Source: Candidatus Dormiibacterota bacterium
GTDB taxonomy: Bacteria; Chloroflexota; Dormibacteria; Aeolococcales; Bog-877
NCBI GenBank assembly: GCA_049591595.1
Contig: JBAWFE010000027.1
Location: 149,812 to 213,811 of the forward strand
DNA length: 64,000 bases
Reading direction: 5' to 3'
Position numbers and translations under genes: made by a program. The notes under the pieces were generated by a model. It saw only the letters and a list, made by a program, of their open reading frames with translations. It searched no databases and had not been told where the DNA came from. Shown here in pieces: positions 18,806 to 28,226 of this stretch. Position 1 is the first letter of the stretch; each line of letters begins with the position of its first letter.

Positions 18806-20099
18806 TGCCCAGATCGGCGACGCCACCGGTGCCAACCAAGAGTTGGTGATCGTCGGACAGGCTCCACTGCGCGGCCGGGTGACCGTCAGCGGCAGCAAGA
18901 ACGCCGCTCTCCCGCAGATGGCGGCGGCGATCCTGACCGATGGACCGCTCCGGCTCAGCAACGTCCCGGCCATCGAGGACGTGGAGACCATGTGCCGTCT
19001 GCTGCGCGGGCTGGGGGCCCGGGTGGATCGATCCGACGGTGAGGTGGAGATCGATGCGCAAACCATCACCCGGACCGAACCAGACGCCGAGCTGGGGCGG
19101 CGGATGAGGGCCTCCCTTCTGGTTCTGGGACCACTCCTGGTCTCCCGTGGAGAGGCTGCCCTGCCGCTGCCAGGCGGCGATGACATCGGCATGCGGCGGG
19201 TGGAGCAGCACCTAGAGGGCCTGCGAGCGATGGGGGCGGAGGTGCTAGAGAACGAATTCGGGATCCAGGCGCGGGCCAGCCACCTCCACGGGGCCCACAT
19301 CCAGCTCGACATGCCCACTGTGACCGGCACCGAGAACCTGATGATGGCGGCCGCTCGGGCAGAGGGGATCACGGTTATCTCCAACGCCGCCCGGGAGCCC
19401 CACGTGGTGGATCTAGCCCTCTGCCTGAAGGCGATGGGTGCCCGGATCGCGGGGGCGGGTGGCGACCGCATCGTGATCGAAGGGGTGCCCCGGCTTCACC
19501 CTACCGAGCATCGGGTGCGGGCCGACTACATCGAAGCCGGTACCTTCGCGATGGCGGCGGCGGCCACCGGCGGCGAGGTCCTCATCGACCACCTCTTCTG
19601 CGACGACCTGGATCAGGTCCTGAACAAGCTGAGGCGGGCCGGTTGTGAGGTTGAGGAGGGGGGGACGTGGCTGAAGCTGTCGTGTCCTAACGGGCTGCGT
19701 GCGGTGGACATGACCACCTGGCCACACCCCGGCTTCGCCACTGACCTTCAGGCCCAGTTTGTGGCGCTGATGACTCAGGCCAAGGGCATCAGCACCGTAT
19801 CGGAGGCGCTCTTCGAGAACCGCTTCCAACACGTTGAGCAGCTTCTCCGCCTGGGTGCACAGATCACCCTCCACGGCAGAAGCGCGATGATCCGGGGCGG
19901 TGCTCCGTTGCGGGGCGCCCGCCTGAACATCTCCGACATCCGCTCCGGTGCGGCACTGGTGATCGGCGCTCTCTGCGCAGAGGGGACCAGCCAACTCACC
20001 AACGTGCGGCACCTTGACCGGGGATACGAAGACCTGGTGGGCAAGCTCACGGGCCTAGGGGCCAGCCTCGAGCTCAAGCCGACTGACGGGGCGGTCTGA
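18798..20099 (+). CDS. murA: UDP-N-acetylglucosamine 1-carboxyvinyltransferase
   Basis: RVTVSGSKNAALPQMAAAIL ... EPS-synthase fold repeats. The start overlaps the wecA end by 8 nt. Confidence 0.9.
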   Translation: MSDAQIGDATGANQELVIVGQAPLRGRVTVSGSKNAALPQMAAAILTDGPLRLSNVPAIEDVETMCRLLRGLGARVDRSDGEVEIDAQTITRTEPDAELGRRMRASLLVLGPLLVSRGEAALPLPGGDDIGMRRVEQHLEGLRAMGAEVLENEFGIQARASHLHGAHIQLDMPTVTGTENLMMAAARAEGITVISNAAREPHVVDLALCLKAMGARIAGAGGDRIVIEGVPRLHPTEHRVRADYIEAGTFAMAAAATGGEVLIDHLFCDDLDQVLNKLRRAGCEVEEGGTWLKLSCPNGLRAVDMTTWPHPGFATDLQAQFVALMTQAKGISTVSEALFENRFQHVEQLLRLGAQITLHGRSAMIRGGAPLRGARLNISDIRSGAALVIGALCAEGTSQLTNVRHLDRGYEDLVGKLTGLGASLELKPTDGAV

Positions 20100-20105
20100 G
20101 CGGTC

Positions 20106-20924
20106 ATGGCATTGCGCCGATTCGGCATCGATCTCTCTCCGGACCAGGTGGCCGTTTGGGCGAGAGGCGATGGACTGGTGATCGAGGAGCCGGCCGCCCT
20201 GGCCCGGCAGCGAGGAAGCGGCCGGGCGCTCGCCTTCGGGACAGCCGCGTTGGAGCTGGCCGCCGACCGTGGCGACGAGGTTGAGCTCAGCTGGCCGCTG
20301 GGGGTGGAACGGCTGGCGGACACCGCTGCCGCCGAGCAGTTTCTCCGCCAGGTGATTTTCCGGGTCGTCGGCCGGCTGCTCTTCTCGCGCCACGAGTTGA
20401 TGCTCGGGGTCTCAGCTGAGCTCTCTACCGGATCGCGCCGGGCCTTGCTTCAGGTCGCCATGGCGTCAGGGGCTCGGATGGCTCACATGATGGATCTGCC
20501 CTTGGCGGCGGCCCTCGGTGCCGGCCTGCCGATTGCCGCCTGGACACCGCTTCCATTGATCTTCCTGCTGCCGCAGTCCGCCCAACTGGCGGTCGTCTGC
20601 CACGAGGGGCTGCTGGGCCACCGGGCTATCGCGCCGATCGGTGGATCCTGGGAGAGTGAGGGCGGGATGCGGGAGCTCGCCGCCGTCGCCACCGGTCTGA
20701 TGGATGAGCTCCCACCTCGGGTGCGGGAGCAGGCAGCAGAATCCGGGATCGCCCTGGCCGGACGGGTTCAGGGTCTCGCGGCGATCGGGAGCGGACTGCA
20801 GGAGGCAACCGGAGTGGCCGTCCGCCTGATCGCCGACCCCAACCACTGCGTTGCCAAGGGCACCGAGGTGGCACTCGCCCGGATCGAGTCACTCGGCAGC
20901 GAGGGTCTCCTCTACCTGCGCTGA
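20106..20924 (+). CDS. MreB/actin-like fold protein with degenerate nucleotide-binding motifs
   Basis: Collinear with MreB: GIDLSPDQVAVWARGDGLVIEEPAALA, MDLPLAAALGAGLPI, IADPNHCVAKGTE. Phosphate-1 (DLGTANT becomes DLSPDQV), phosphate-2 (DIGGGTT) and adenosine (LTGGGA) motifs are lost. 272 aa. Confidence 0.4.
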   Translation: MALRRFGIDLSPDQVAVWARGDGLVIEEPAALARQRGSGRALAFGTAALELAADRGDEVELSWPLGVERLADTAAAEQFLRQVIFRVVGRLLFSRHELMLGVSAELSTGSRRALLQVAMASGARMAHMMDLPLAAALGAGLPIAAWTPLPLIFLLPQSAQLAVVCHEGLLGHRAIAPIGGSWESEGGMRELAAVATGLMDELPPRVREQAAESGIALAGRVQGLAAIGSGLQEATGVAVRLIADPNHCVAKGTEVALARIESLGSEGLLYLR

Positions 20925-20983
20925 GCGCCGCGGCGGTCGCTCCTGGAGGGACTGTTGTCCCGGGCCTCCGAGCCTGTTCCGAA

Positions 20984-21013
20984 TTGACAGCCTCGCCGAG
21001 CCCCGACTAAGCT
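20984..21013 (+). promoter_or_regulatory. candidate promoter (TTGACA-18 nt-TAAGCT) for the iron ABC operon
   Basis: TTGACA at 20984-20989 and TAAGCT at 21008-21013. Confidence 0.35.
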
Positions 21014-21024
21014 CAGTCTAAGAG

Positions 21025-21043
21025 CGAGGTTAGCCGGACCTAA
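21025..21043 (+). promoter_or_regulatory. DtxR/IdeR-like iron box
   Basis: cgAGGTTAGCCGGACCTAA compared with the DtxR consensus TTAGGTTAGCCTAACCTAA gives 15/19 matches, including a perfect left half-site AGGTTAGCC. It sits just downstream of the putative -10 and ~85 nt upstream of the Fe(III)-binding protein start. Confidence 0.45.
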
Positions 21044-21127
21044 CGCGAGAGTCGGCAGACCGCCCATCTGTCACCCCGCGCGCTCTCGGCGGCTTGCTGA
21101 ATGGGGCGCCCGTCCAACGGAGGATTG

Positions 21128-22171
21128 ATGGCAAGACCCACTGGCGCGACCAGCAAGTGGCTAGTGGCGACCGCCCTCGCATCCATCCTGGTGGCCGCCC
21201 TTGCCGGCTGCCAAGCCTCCCCAGGGTCGGCTCGTACAACCCTCATCCTCTACAACGGCCAGCACCCTCAGACGACAGATTCCCTAGTAACCGCCTTCGA
21301 GCATCAAACCGGGATTCAGGTGGAGGTGCGCTCTAATGATGAGGATGTCCTCGCCGACCAGATCGAAGAGGAGGGCTCAGCCTCACCCGCCGACCTGATC
21401 TACACCGAGAACTCTCCGGCGCTGGAATACCTACAGGGGAAGCACCTGCTCGCCCGAGTGCCCCGGTCGACGCTCTCCCACGTTCCGGCCAAGTACAACT
21501 CGCCGGCCTCCGACTGGGTCGGAGTCTCGGCGCGGGTTAGCGTCCTCGTATACAACACGACCCTGCTCAAACCGAGCCAGCTGCCAACGTCGGTGCTGGG
21601 CCTCGCGGACCCAAAGTGGCGGGGACTGTTGGCGATCGCACCCGGAGAGACCGACTTCCAACCGATCATCACCTCGATCGCCAGAACCTACGGTAAGGTC
21701 ACCGCACTGAAGTGGCTCGAAGGCGTCGGGGCCAACGCCGAGCAGCACGTCTACCCGGACAACGAGACCATCACCGATCGGGTTAACTCCGGTCAGGCGG
21801 CGATCGGGATCATCAACCAGTACTACTGGTATCGCCTCCGAGCCGAGACCGGCTCATCCCAAATGCACTCGGCGATCGCCTACTTCGCACCCCGCAACCC
21901 GGGTTACGTGGTGGACGTCTCCGGGGCCGCGGTGCTCAGGTCGTCCCGGTACAAGGCGGCGGCCGACCGGTTCCTGGCGTTCTTGGTTAGCCGCCAGGGC
22001 CAGGAGATCCTGGCGCACAGCGACAGCTTCGAGTACCCGCTTGGGTCGGGGGTGGTCACCGCCCGCGCCTTGCGACCCTTTGCCAGCCTGCAGCCGGCTC
22101 CACTCACCATCGCTGACCTGGGAGATGGAGCTGAGGCAGTCGCGCTACTCCACCAGTCGCAGCTGCTGTGA
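21128..22171 (+). CDS. Fe(III) ABC transporter substrate-binding lipoprotein (FbpA/SfuA/AfuA family)
   Basis: Signal peptide with lipobox LAGC, and a periplasmic-binding fold (YNGQH...YTENSP...). RBS GGAGG before ATG 21128. Confidence 0.8.
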   Translation: MARPTGATSKWLVATALASILVAALAGCQASPGSARTTLILYNGQHPQTTDSLVTAFEHQTGIQVEVRSNDEDVLADQIEEEGSASPADLIYTENSPALEYLQGKHLLARVPRSTLSHVPAKYNSPASDWVGVSARVSVLVYNTTLLKPSQLPTSVLGLADPKWRGLLAIAPGETDFQPIITSIARTYGKVTALKWLEGVGANAEQHVYPDNETITDRVNSGQAAIGIINQYYWYRLRAETGSSQMHSAIAYFAPRNPGYVVDVSGAAVLRSSRYKAAADRFLAFLVSRQGQEILAHSDSFEYPLGSGVVTARALRPFASLQPAPLTIADLGDGAEAVALLHQSQLL

Positions 22172-22186
22172 GCCGCAACTAGCCCG

Positions 22187-23773
22187 ATGGCAACACTTGC
22201 CACGGGGCTGAACCTGCCCGGACTGGTGCGTGCCCGTCGGCGCATCCCCCGGGCGGTGCTGGTCGCCAGCTGTCTGGTGGCTGTGCTGCTCCTGCTACCG
22301 CTGGCGTTTCTCCTGCTCGAGGCTCGCCAGGTCGGATGGGCCGATCTCTCCGGGCTGCTCTTCCGTCGAGTCACCGCCAACTTGCTGTGGAACATGGCGC
22401 AATTGGCGGTGGTGGTCACCGCGCTGGCGGCCGTCATTGGGACCGGAGCCGCCTGGTGTGTTGAGCGCAGCGATCTGCCGGGCCGGCGCCTCTTGGCGAT
22501 GCTTCTGGTGCTGCCGCTGGCGATCCCCGACTTCGTGGTTGCCTTTGGGTGGGTCTCTGTGCTGCCAGCGGTCAGCGGCTACGGCGGCGCCGTGCTGGTG
22601 ATGACCGCTGGGCTCTATCCGCTCGTCTACCTGCCGGTAGCAGCCAGCCTTCGGGGTGCCGATCCTAGTCAGGAGGAGACGGCTCGCACCCTGGGTCTGG
22701 GACCGTGGCGCGCCTTCTGGCACGTCACCCTACGGCAGACGAGGCCTACCATCCTCGCCGGCTGCCTTCTGGTCTCCCTGGCCCTGCTCGCCGAATACGG
22801 CGCCTTCGAGATCCTGGGCTACCAGACCTTCACCACCGAGATCTTCACTGAGTTCCAGGCGGCGATCAACGCCCCAGCCGCCTGCGCTCTCTCGTTGGTG
22901 GTGGTTTTGATCGGACTGATGATCCTGGCGGGGGAGGGGTCGCTGCGGGACCGGGGCCGGGTGGCCAGAGCGGCCCACAACTCGAGACGGGCGGCTCCCC
23001 GCCACCAGTTGGGGCGCTGGCGCTGGCCGGTCGCAGGGGCATTGGGAAGCTTGATCGCGGTGGCGCTGGGCATGCCGATCGGGGTGATCGTCTACTGGAT
23101 TGTGCGGGGGGGTAGCTCGACCCTGCCCCAGTCGGCTTCGGTCGCCAATGCCGCCGGTCATACCGTCCTCTACAGTGCAGCCGCCGCGGCCGTCGCCACC
23201 GCGCTGGCGACGCCAGTCGCGCTGCTGGCAGTTCGCTCGCCGATCCGCTCAGTCCGGCTCTTGGAGCGCAGTACCTACATAGTTCAGGGGCTGCCCGGCC
23301 TGGTCATCGCTCTGGCTTTGGTGTACTTCGCCCTGCACTACCTGCCCTTCGTCTACCAGACCAGTGGTCTCCTGATCGGTGCCTACGCGATCCTCTTCTT
23401 TCCTCTCGCCTACGTGGCCGTTCGCGCGTCCGTGATGCAGGCTCCGATAGCCCTCGAGGAGGTAGCCAGGTCGCTCGGACGCCGCCCCTTGGCGGTGCGA
23501 TTGCGAGTCACCCTGCCCTTGATCGCCCCGGGACTGGCCGCCGCATTCTGTCTGGTCTTCCTCTCGGCGGTCACGGAGCTCACCGCCACGCTGATCCTGG
23601 TCCCGACCGGTGTCCAGACACTGGCCACCCAGTTCTGGGCCTTCACCGGCAACGTCTCCTACGGGGCAGCCGCCCCTTACGCTGCCGCCATGGTCGCCAT
23701 CTCGGTGGTCCCGGGAATCCTGCTTGGTCGCTGGTTCGACCGCCGACCTGCTCGCTCGCTGGACCTCTCTTGA
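22187..23773 (+). CDS. Fe(III) ABC transporter permease (fused double BPD_transp_1, FbpB/SfuB-like)
   Basis: Two tandem permease halves of ~6 TM each (528 aa), with EAA-like loops. Confidence 0.8.
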   Translation: MATLATGLNLPGLVRARRRIPRAVLVASCLVAVLLLLPLAFLLLEARQVGWADLSGLLFRRVTANLLWNMAQLAVVVTALAAVIGTGAAWCVERSDLPGRRLLAMLLVLPLAIPDFVVAFGWVSVLPAVSGYGGAVLVMTAGLYPLVYLPVAASLRGADPSQEETARTLGLGPWRAFWHVTLRQTRPTILAGCLLVSLALLAEYGAFEILGYQTFTTEIFTEFQAAINAPAACALSLVVVLIGLMILAGEGSLRDRGRVARAAHNSRRAAPRHQLGRWRWPVAGALGSLIAVALGMPIGVIVYWIVRGGSSTLPQSASVANAAGHTVLYSAAAAAVATALATPVALLAVRSPIRSVRLLERSTYIVQGLPGLVIALALVYFALHYLPFVYQTSGLLIGAYAILFFPLAYVAVRASVMQAPIALEEVARSLGRRPLAVRLRVTLPLIAPGLAAAFCLVFLSAVTELTATLILVPTGVQTLATQFWAFTGNVSYGAAAPYAAAMVAISVVPGILLGRWFDRRPARSLDLS

Positions 23774-24828
23774 GCGCCATCAGCATCGCTGGACTGTACA
23801 AGGCATTCCGGGATACCGCGGTGCTTCGGGGCCTTGATCTGGAGATCGAGCGAGGCTCGCTGGCGGCGATCCTGGGGCCGTCCGGAAGCGGCAAAACCAC
23901 CCTGCTCCGAGTGATCGCGGGGTTGGATCGGTCAGACCGCGGTCAGCTCAGCCTGGCCGGTGAGGTGGTCGACGACGGCCGCCACTTCGTTCGCCCGGAG
24001 CGCCGCCGGGTGGGATACGTGCCCCAGGAAGCCTCGCTTTTCCCCCACCTCACCGTGGAGCAGAACATCGGATTCGGGATCTCCCGCCAGGCGCGCCGGG
24101 GTGCCCAGGTCCGCGGACTGTTGGAGATGGTGGGTCTGGGGGGGCTGGGGGGCAGGTATCCCCACGAGCTCTCCGGCGGACAGCAGCAGCGGGTGGCGCT
24201 GGCCCGGGCCCTGGCGATCGAACCCCAGCTTCTCTTGCTGGATGAACCCTTCTCTGCGCTTGATCCCAGCCTTCGAGCCAGCGTGCGCGAGGAGGTCCGA
24301 GGAATCCTGGCGACCACAGGCATCACCACCCTGCTGGTGACTCACGACCAGGAGGAGGCGCTCTCCGTGGCTGATCAGGTGGCCGTCCTGCGCGATGGCC
24401 GGGTGGCCCAGTTCGGCACGCCCGAGCAGCTTTATTCGGATCCCGTCGACCTTCAGATGGCCCGTTTCCTTGGGGATGCCAACCTGGTCGATGGCACCGT
24501 GGCCGGTCCCATGATCCAGACCCCGCTCGGGGCGCTGACGGTGCGCCCATCCGAGCGTGCGACCGTGCCGCTGTCGGGGGCCGCAGTGGTGCTGGTGCGT
24601 CCCGAACAGATCGTCATCTCCTCGGCTCTCGGCGAGGGAGCGCCCGGCCGGGTGCTGCACTCCGAGTTCCACGGCCACGACAGCGTCATCGAAGTGGCTA
24701 GTGAGACGCCACTTCTCAGAGGGGTCATCAGGGTCAGGGTTCAAGGCGCCGCGAACCTCAAACCTGAGGCCCGGGTGACTCTCTCTGCGAGCGGCGAGGC
24801 CCAGGCCTGGCCTACGCCGGCTGACTAG
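23770..24828 (+). CDS. Fe(III) ABC transporter ATP-binding protein (FbpC-like, with C-terminal TOBE-like domain)
   Basis: Walker A GPSGSGKTT, signature LSGGQQQRVALARAL, Walker B LLLDEPFSALD and a C-terminal beta-rich extension. Confidence 0.85.
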   Translation: MSAISIAGLYKAFRDTAVLRGLDLEIERGSLAAILGPSGSGKTTLLRVIAGLDRSDRGQLSLAGEVVDDGRHFVRPERRRVGYVPQEASLFPHLTVEQNIGFGISRQARRGAQVRGLLEMVGLGGLGGRYPHELSGGQQQRVALARALAIEPQLLLLDEPFSALDPSLRASVREEVRGILATTGITTLLVTHDQEEALSVADQVAVLRDGRVAQFGTPEQLYSDPVDLQMARFLGDANLVDGTVAGPMIQTPLGALTVRPSERATVPLSGAAVVLVRPEQIVISSALGEGAPGRVLHSEFHGHDSVIEVASETPLLRGVIRVRVQGAANLKPEARVTLSASGEAQAWPTPAD

Positions 24829-25948
24829 GCGAAACCGCCAGACGGAGCTCGCTGGCCAACAGCCCAGCATGGGCTCCCGCCGATCGGTCCCAGCTGTAGC
24901 GTGACGCCCGGGCCAGGCCGAGTTCTCTCAAGTGCTCTCGCAGTCCGGGCTCCTGAAAGAGGCGGAGCAGCCCGTCCACCCAGCCTGGGCCATCCCCGAC
25001 CGGAACCAGCAGGGAGGACCCCGCCCCGACCTCCTGCACTCCGCCGACGTCGTTGGCCAGAACCGGAGCACCGCAGGCCATCGCCTCCAATGCGGGGAGT
25101 CCGAAGCCCTCGTAAAGAGAGGGGATGCAGGCGGCGACCGCCCCGCTGTAGAGGGCAGCCAGACGCTCGCCAGAGACATGGTCAAAGGTGGTCACGCGGG
25201 TCTCGAGACCCACCTGGGCGGCCTGGGCGAGGAGCTCGTGGGCGCGCTGGCCACCAGCATTGGTGACCACCAGCCGCACTGGCGCGGAAGTTTGGGATGG
25301 GAACGCCCGGGCGAACTGCTCAATCAGGAAGGGGACGTTCTTGCGCGGGTGGTGCGCGCCGACGACGAGGAAGTACGGGGGCTCAACGCCCAGCTCTCGT
25401 AGCAGTGTCTCCCGGCGAGGGGATGCGAGCGGGTGCAGTTCCGCCGAGATTCCGTGGGGGATGACGGTGATGAGGGCGGGATCGGCCTGGTAGAGGTTCA
25501 CCAGGTCGGCTTTGGTGGTCTCAGAGGGGGTTATCACCCGGGATGCCCGCCGCAGCGTGTCCTGCACAAACGACTCCACCGCCTCTGCCAGCTGGCCGGG
25601 GTAGGCGCCCGGGGCGAAGCGGTGCTCCACTCCGTGCACCGTAACCACCGACCGGGGAAGCCGACCCGGAGGCAGGCGATAGGCAGGAATCCAGAGCAGA
25701 TCCGGAGCCTGGCGCTGTAACTCCCAGCGGAGGCGGAAGGCGGTCCAGCCCCGGGGCAGCGGAATGCAGCGCCACGCCGAACCCCGAGGCAACTCTGGGG
25801 CGGTCTCCGGAGGGCGCCTTTGATTGAGGTAGAGCCGCATCGGGGCTGGAGGCGATTCGAGGAGTCGGGAGATCACCTCGGTGGCGTAGACCCCGATGCC
25901 GGTGGGTTGTGGTTGAAAGGCCCGGCTGGCGTCGATTCCGATCTCCAC
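24812..25948 (-). CDS. GT4-family (GT-B) glycosyltransferase
   Basis: C-terminal EGFGLPALEAMACGAPVLANDVGGVQEV is the GT4 E-x7-E region. Convergent with the ABC ATPase gene, overlapping its 3' end by 17 bp. Confidence 0.75.
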   Translation of the reverse strand: MEIGIDASRAFQPQPTGIGVYATEVISRLLESPPAPMRLYLNQRRPPETAPELPRGSAWRCIPLPRGWTAFRLRWELQRQAPDLLWIPAYRLPPGRLPRSVVTVHGVEHRFAPGAYPGQLAEAVESFVQDTLRRASRVITPSETTKADLVNLYQADPALITVIPHGISAELHPLASPRRETLLRELGVEPPYFLVVGAHHPRKNVPFLIEQFARAFPSQTSAPVRLVVTNAGGQRAHELLAQAAQVGLETRVTTFDHVSGERLAALYSGAVAACIPSLYEGFGLPALEAMACGAPVLANDVGGVQEVGAGSSLLVPVGDGPGWVDGLLRLFQEPGLREHLRELGLARASRYSWDRSAGAHAGLLASELRLAVSPSQPA

Positions 25949-26064
25949 CGGGGCAGTTTACGAACCGCCGAGAAGCGGTCTTGGAAGGCGGTCGCAGGTG
26001 GCCCCGGCGGAAGCCGCACTCCCTTCGGTCAGGTGCCTGTTGGCCGTGATAAGATCCCGCCGAA

Positions 26065-26295
26065 TTGTCCCCGAAGGGCGATCCGCGGCGGCCCGGAAGA
26101 GTAGCGGGTCCCGGAGACGCCCTTGCGTTGGTAGGAGTCTTCTCGATCACGGTCGGAAGTGGGGTCGTGGCCGGGGTTCTGTTGGATGAGCACTTTCGCA
26201 CGCTCCCATTGCTGACCCTGGTCGGTCTGGCGCTGGGATTGGTGGGAGGAAGTCTGGCGGTGTACCGCGGGCTCGCGCCCTTCCGGGGGCAGTAG
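26065..26295 (+). CDS. AtpZ-like small membrane protein (ATP synthase operon gene 1)
   Basis: Two predicted TM helices (ALALVGVFSITVGSGVVAGVLL and LPLLTLVGLALGLVGGSLAVY). Its position at the head of the atp operon fits AtpZ. Start uncertain (TTG 26065 or a later TTG). Confidence 0.4.
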   Translation: MSPKGDPRRPGRVAGPGDALALVGVFSITVGSGVVAGVLLDEHFRTLPLLTLVGLALGLVGGSLAVYRGLAPFRGQ

Positions 26296-26299
26296 GTCG

Positions 26300-26665
26300 A
26301 TGATGCTGGAGGCGGACGAACTGGCGGGTGCGGTGCGCTCCGCATGGATTGCCGCCGTTGGCGCCGTGATCGTGGTGGTGGCCGTCGCCTTTCTGATTGC
26401 TGGCATTGAGGGAGCGGGACTCGCCCTTGGGGGAGGCCTGCTGGGCGTTGCCAACCTGCGGTTCGCGGCATTCGCCCTCGGTCGGGCCCCGATCGCTTTC
26501 CTGGGCTCCAGCCTGCCTCGGCTGGCTCTGATCACCGTGGTCTTGGTGGTGTTGGTGATGGCGCTCGGCCCGATCGGGGTCTGGGGGCTGGTAGGGCTTC
26601 TGGCGACCCACCTGGCCCAGGTCGGGGCGATGCTTAGGGTCGGGATCAAGGCGGCCAGCAAGTGA
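26300..26665 (+). CDS. atpI: ATP synthase protein I-like membrane protein
   Basis: ~120 aa, 4 hydrophobic helices, immediately before atpB with a 4-nt overlap. Confidence 0.5.
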   Translation: MMLEADELAGAVRSAWIAAVGAVIVVVAVAFLIAGIEGAGLALGGGLLGVANLRFAAFALGRAPIAFLGSSLPRLALITVVLVVLVMALGPIGVWGLVGLLATHLAQVGAMLRVGIKAASK

Positions 26666-27423
26666 GCCCCATGGTCCTGTCCCAGATCGAGGTGGGAAAC
26701 CACTGGACGGCCCACATTTTCGGCATGTCGCTCTACCTGGACACGTTGGTGAGCAGCCTGGTGGCTTTTGCCATTGTGCTGGGGGCGGGGCTCTATCTAC
26801 GCCACGTGGTGACCGCGGGGGTTCCCGGTCGGTTCCAGGCCCTGATCGAGATGGTCTGGGAAACCGTGGACGACTATGTGACCCGGATGATCGGGCCCTT
26901 CGCTAAGTGGGCGGTACCGCTGTGCACGGTGCTGTTCTTCTACATCCTGGTCAGCAACTGGTTGGAGCTGATCCCGACCGGGGACCGGCTGACCTCGGCC
27001 ACCGCCGACGTCAACGACACCGCCGCCTTGGCAGTAATCGTCATCTTTATGGTGCATTACACCTCGATCCGCCAGCGGGGATTCGGGGGCTACATCAAGA
27101 CCAACTATCTGCATCCGGCCGGGATGCCCAAGGCGTTCTACTTCTTGCTGGCTCCGATCAACGTGATCTCCCAGATCTCCTATCCCATCTCCTTGACGCT
27201 AAGGCTCTTCGGCAACATGTTCGCCGCTGCCTTGATGCTGCAGATCATCGCCCTGCTTCCGATCTACCTGTCCTGGGCCTTCAACGGGGTCTGGAAGCTA
27301 TTTGAGGGCGTCTTCGTCGACGTGATTCAGGCCTTCATCTTCGCCTTGCTGACGGTGATCTACCTCAGCATGGCGACCATGGAGCACCACGATGAGTCGG
27401 CGGCCGAGGCCGCCACAGCCTAG
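26662..27423 (+). CDS. atpB: F-type ATP synthase subunit a
   Basis: Conserved TM4/5 region [23 protein letters not shown] with the essential Arg in LRLFGN. Confidence 0.9.
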   Translation: MSPMVLSQIEVGNHWTAHIFGMSLYLDTLVSSLVAFAIVLGAGLYLRHVVTAGVPGRFQALIEMVWETVDDYVTRMIGPFAKWAVPLCTVLFFYILVSNWLELIPTGDRLTSATADVNDTAALAVIVIFMVHYTSIRQRGFGGYIKTNYLHPAGMPKAFYFLLAPINVISQISYPISLTLRLFGNMFAAALMLQIIALLPIYLSWAFNGVWKLFEGVFVDVIQAFIFALLTVIYLSMATMEHHDESAAEAATA

Positions 27424-27460
27424 GGGCCTGGCCCCATACCGAGACCTGGGAGGAATTCAA

Positions 27461-27706
27461 TTGGCGCTCGACACGTCTCACGCAATCGTGTACGCCGGGG
27501 CCATGATCGGCACCGGGGTAGGCGCCGTCGGTGCGGCCATAGGTGATGGTCTAGCCGGGGCGCAGCTGATCGCCGGAATTGCCCGGCAGCCGGAGGCTCA
27601 ATCCCGACTGCTGACCTGGACCTTCCTGACTGTTGGTCTGGCCGAAGCCGTGTACTTCATCAACCTGGCGTTGATGTTCGTCTTCATCAGTCTGGCCGGA
27701 AAGTAG
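27461..27706 (+). CDS. atpE: F-type ATP synthase subunit c
   Basis: [62 protein letters not shown] with the ion-binding Glu in LAEAV. RBS GGGAGG is 7 nt before TTG 27461; the ORF is open from 27392. Confidence 0.85.
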   Translation: MALDTSHAIVYAGAMIGTGVGAVGAAIGDGLAGAQLIAGIARQPEAQSRLLTWTFLTVGLAEAVYFINLALMFVFISLAGK

Positions 27707-27716
27707 GCGATCCCGG

Positions 27717-28226
27717 GTGCCACTAGTCGCCGCCGCCAGCCCGCTATCGCTCAACCTGACCTTTCCCGTCGAGATCGTCGTCTTCCTGGCACTCCTGTAC
27801 CTGTTGGCGCGGTATGTCTTCCCGCCGATCGTCAAGGCTCTCGACGCCCGGAAGCAGCAGATCGCCCTGGCCCTGGCAGAGGCCGAGGCGGCACGCCGCG
27901 AGGTCGAGGAGGCCCGCCGCCAGGAGAAGACCGATCTGGCGGACGCCCGGCGCCAGGCCCAGGAGATCCTCGACAAGGCCCAGAAGCTCGGTGAGGAGCT
28001 CCGCGAAGAGCTGCGCCAGAAGGGCCGGGAGGAGCAGGAGGCGATGCTCACCAGGGCCCGGGCCGAGCTCGCCCAGGAGAGAGAGCAGGCCGTCAGCCAA
28101 CTGCGGCGTCAGGTAGCCGACCTGGTGCTTTCGGCCACCCAGAAGATCCTTGAAGAGGAGCTCGACCCGAAGCGTCAGCGCCGCCTCATCGACGAGGCCC
28201 TGGCGGAGGTCGAGCTGAGTGCCTGA
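27717..28226 (+). CDS. atpF: F-type ATP synthase subunit b
   Basis: Single N-terminal TM followed by a long charged coiled coil (EAEAARREVEEARRQE...). Confidence 0.85.
   Translation: MPLVAAASPLSLNLTFPVEIVVFLALLYLLARYVFPPIVKALDARKQQIALALAEAEAARREVEEARRQEKTDLADARRQAQEILDKAQKLGEELREELRQKGREEQEAMLTRARAELAQEREQAVSQLRRQVADLVLSATQKILEEELDPKRQRRLIDEALAEVELSA

Noticed and set aside
26039-26064. Possible atp operon promoter (TAAGAT at 26050 with an upstream TTGGCC)
   Set aside because: The TTGGCC is only 4 nt from the -10 and no properly spaced -35 was found. It cannot be supported from the sequence alone.
25521-26715. 316-aa and 228-aa minus-strand ORFs
   Set aside because: Antisense to the GT4 3' region and the atpZ/atpI/atpB genes. 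Arg/Pro/Gly-rich, a high-GC antisense artefact.
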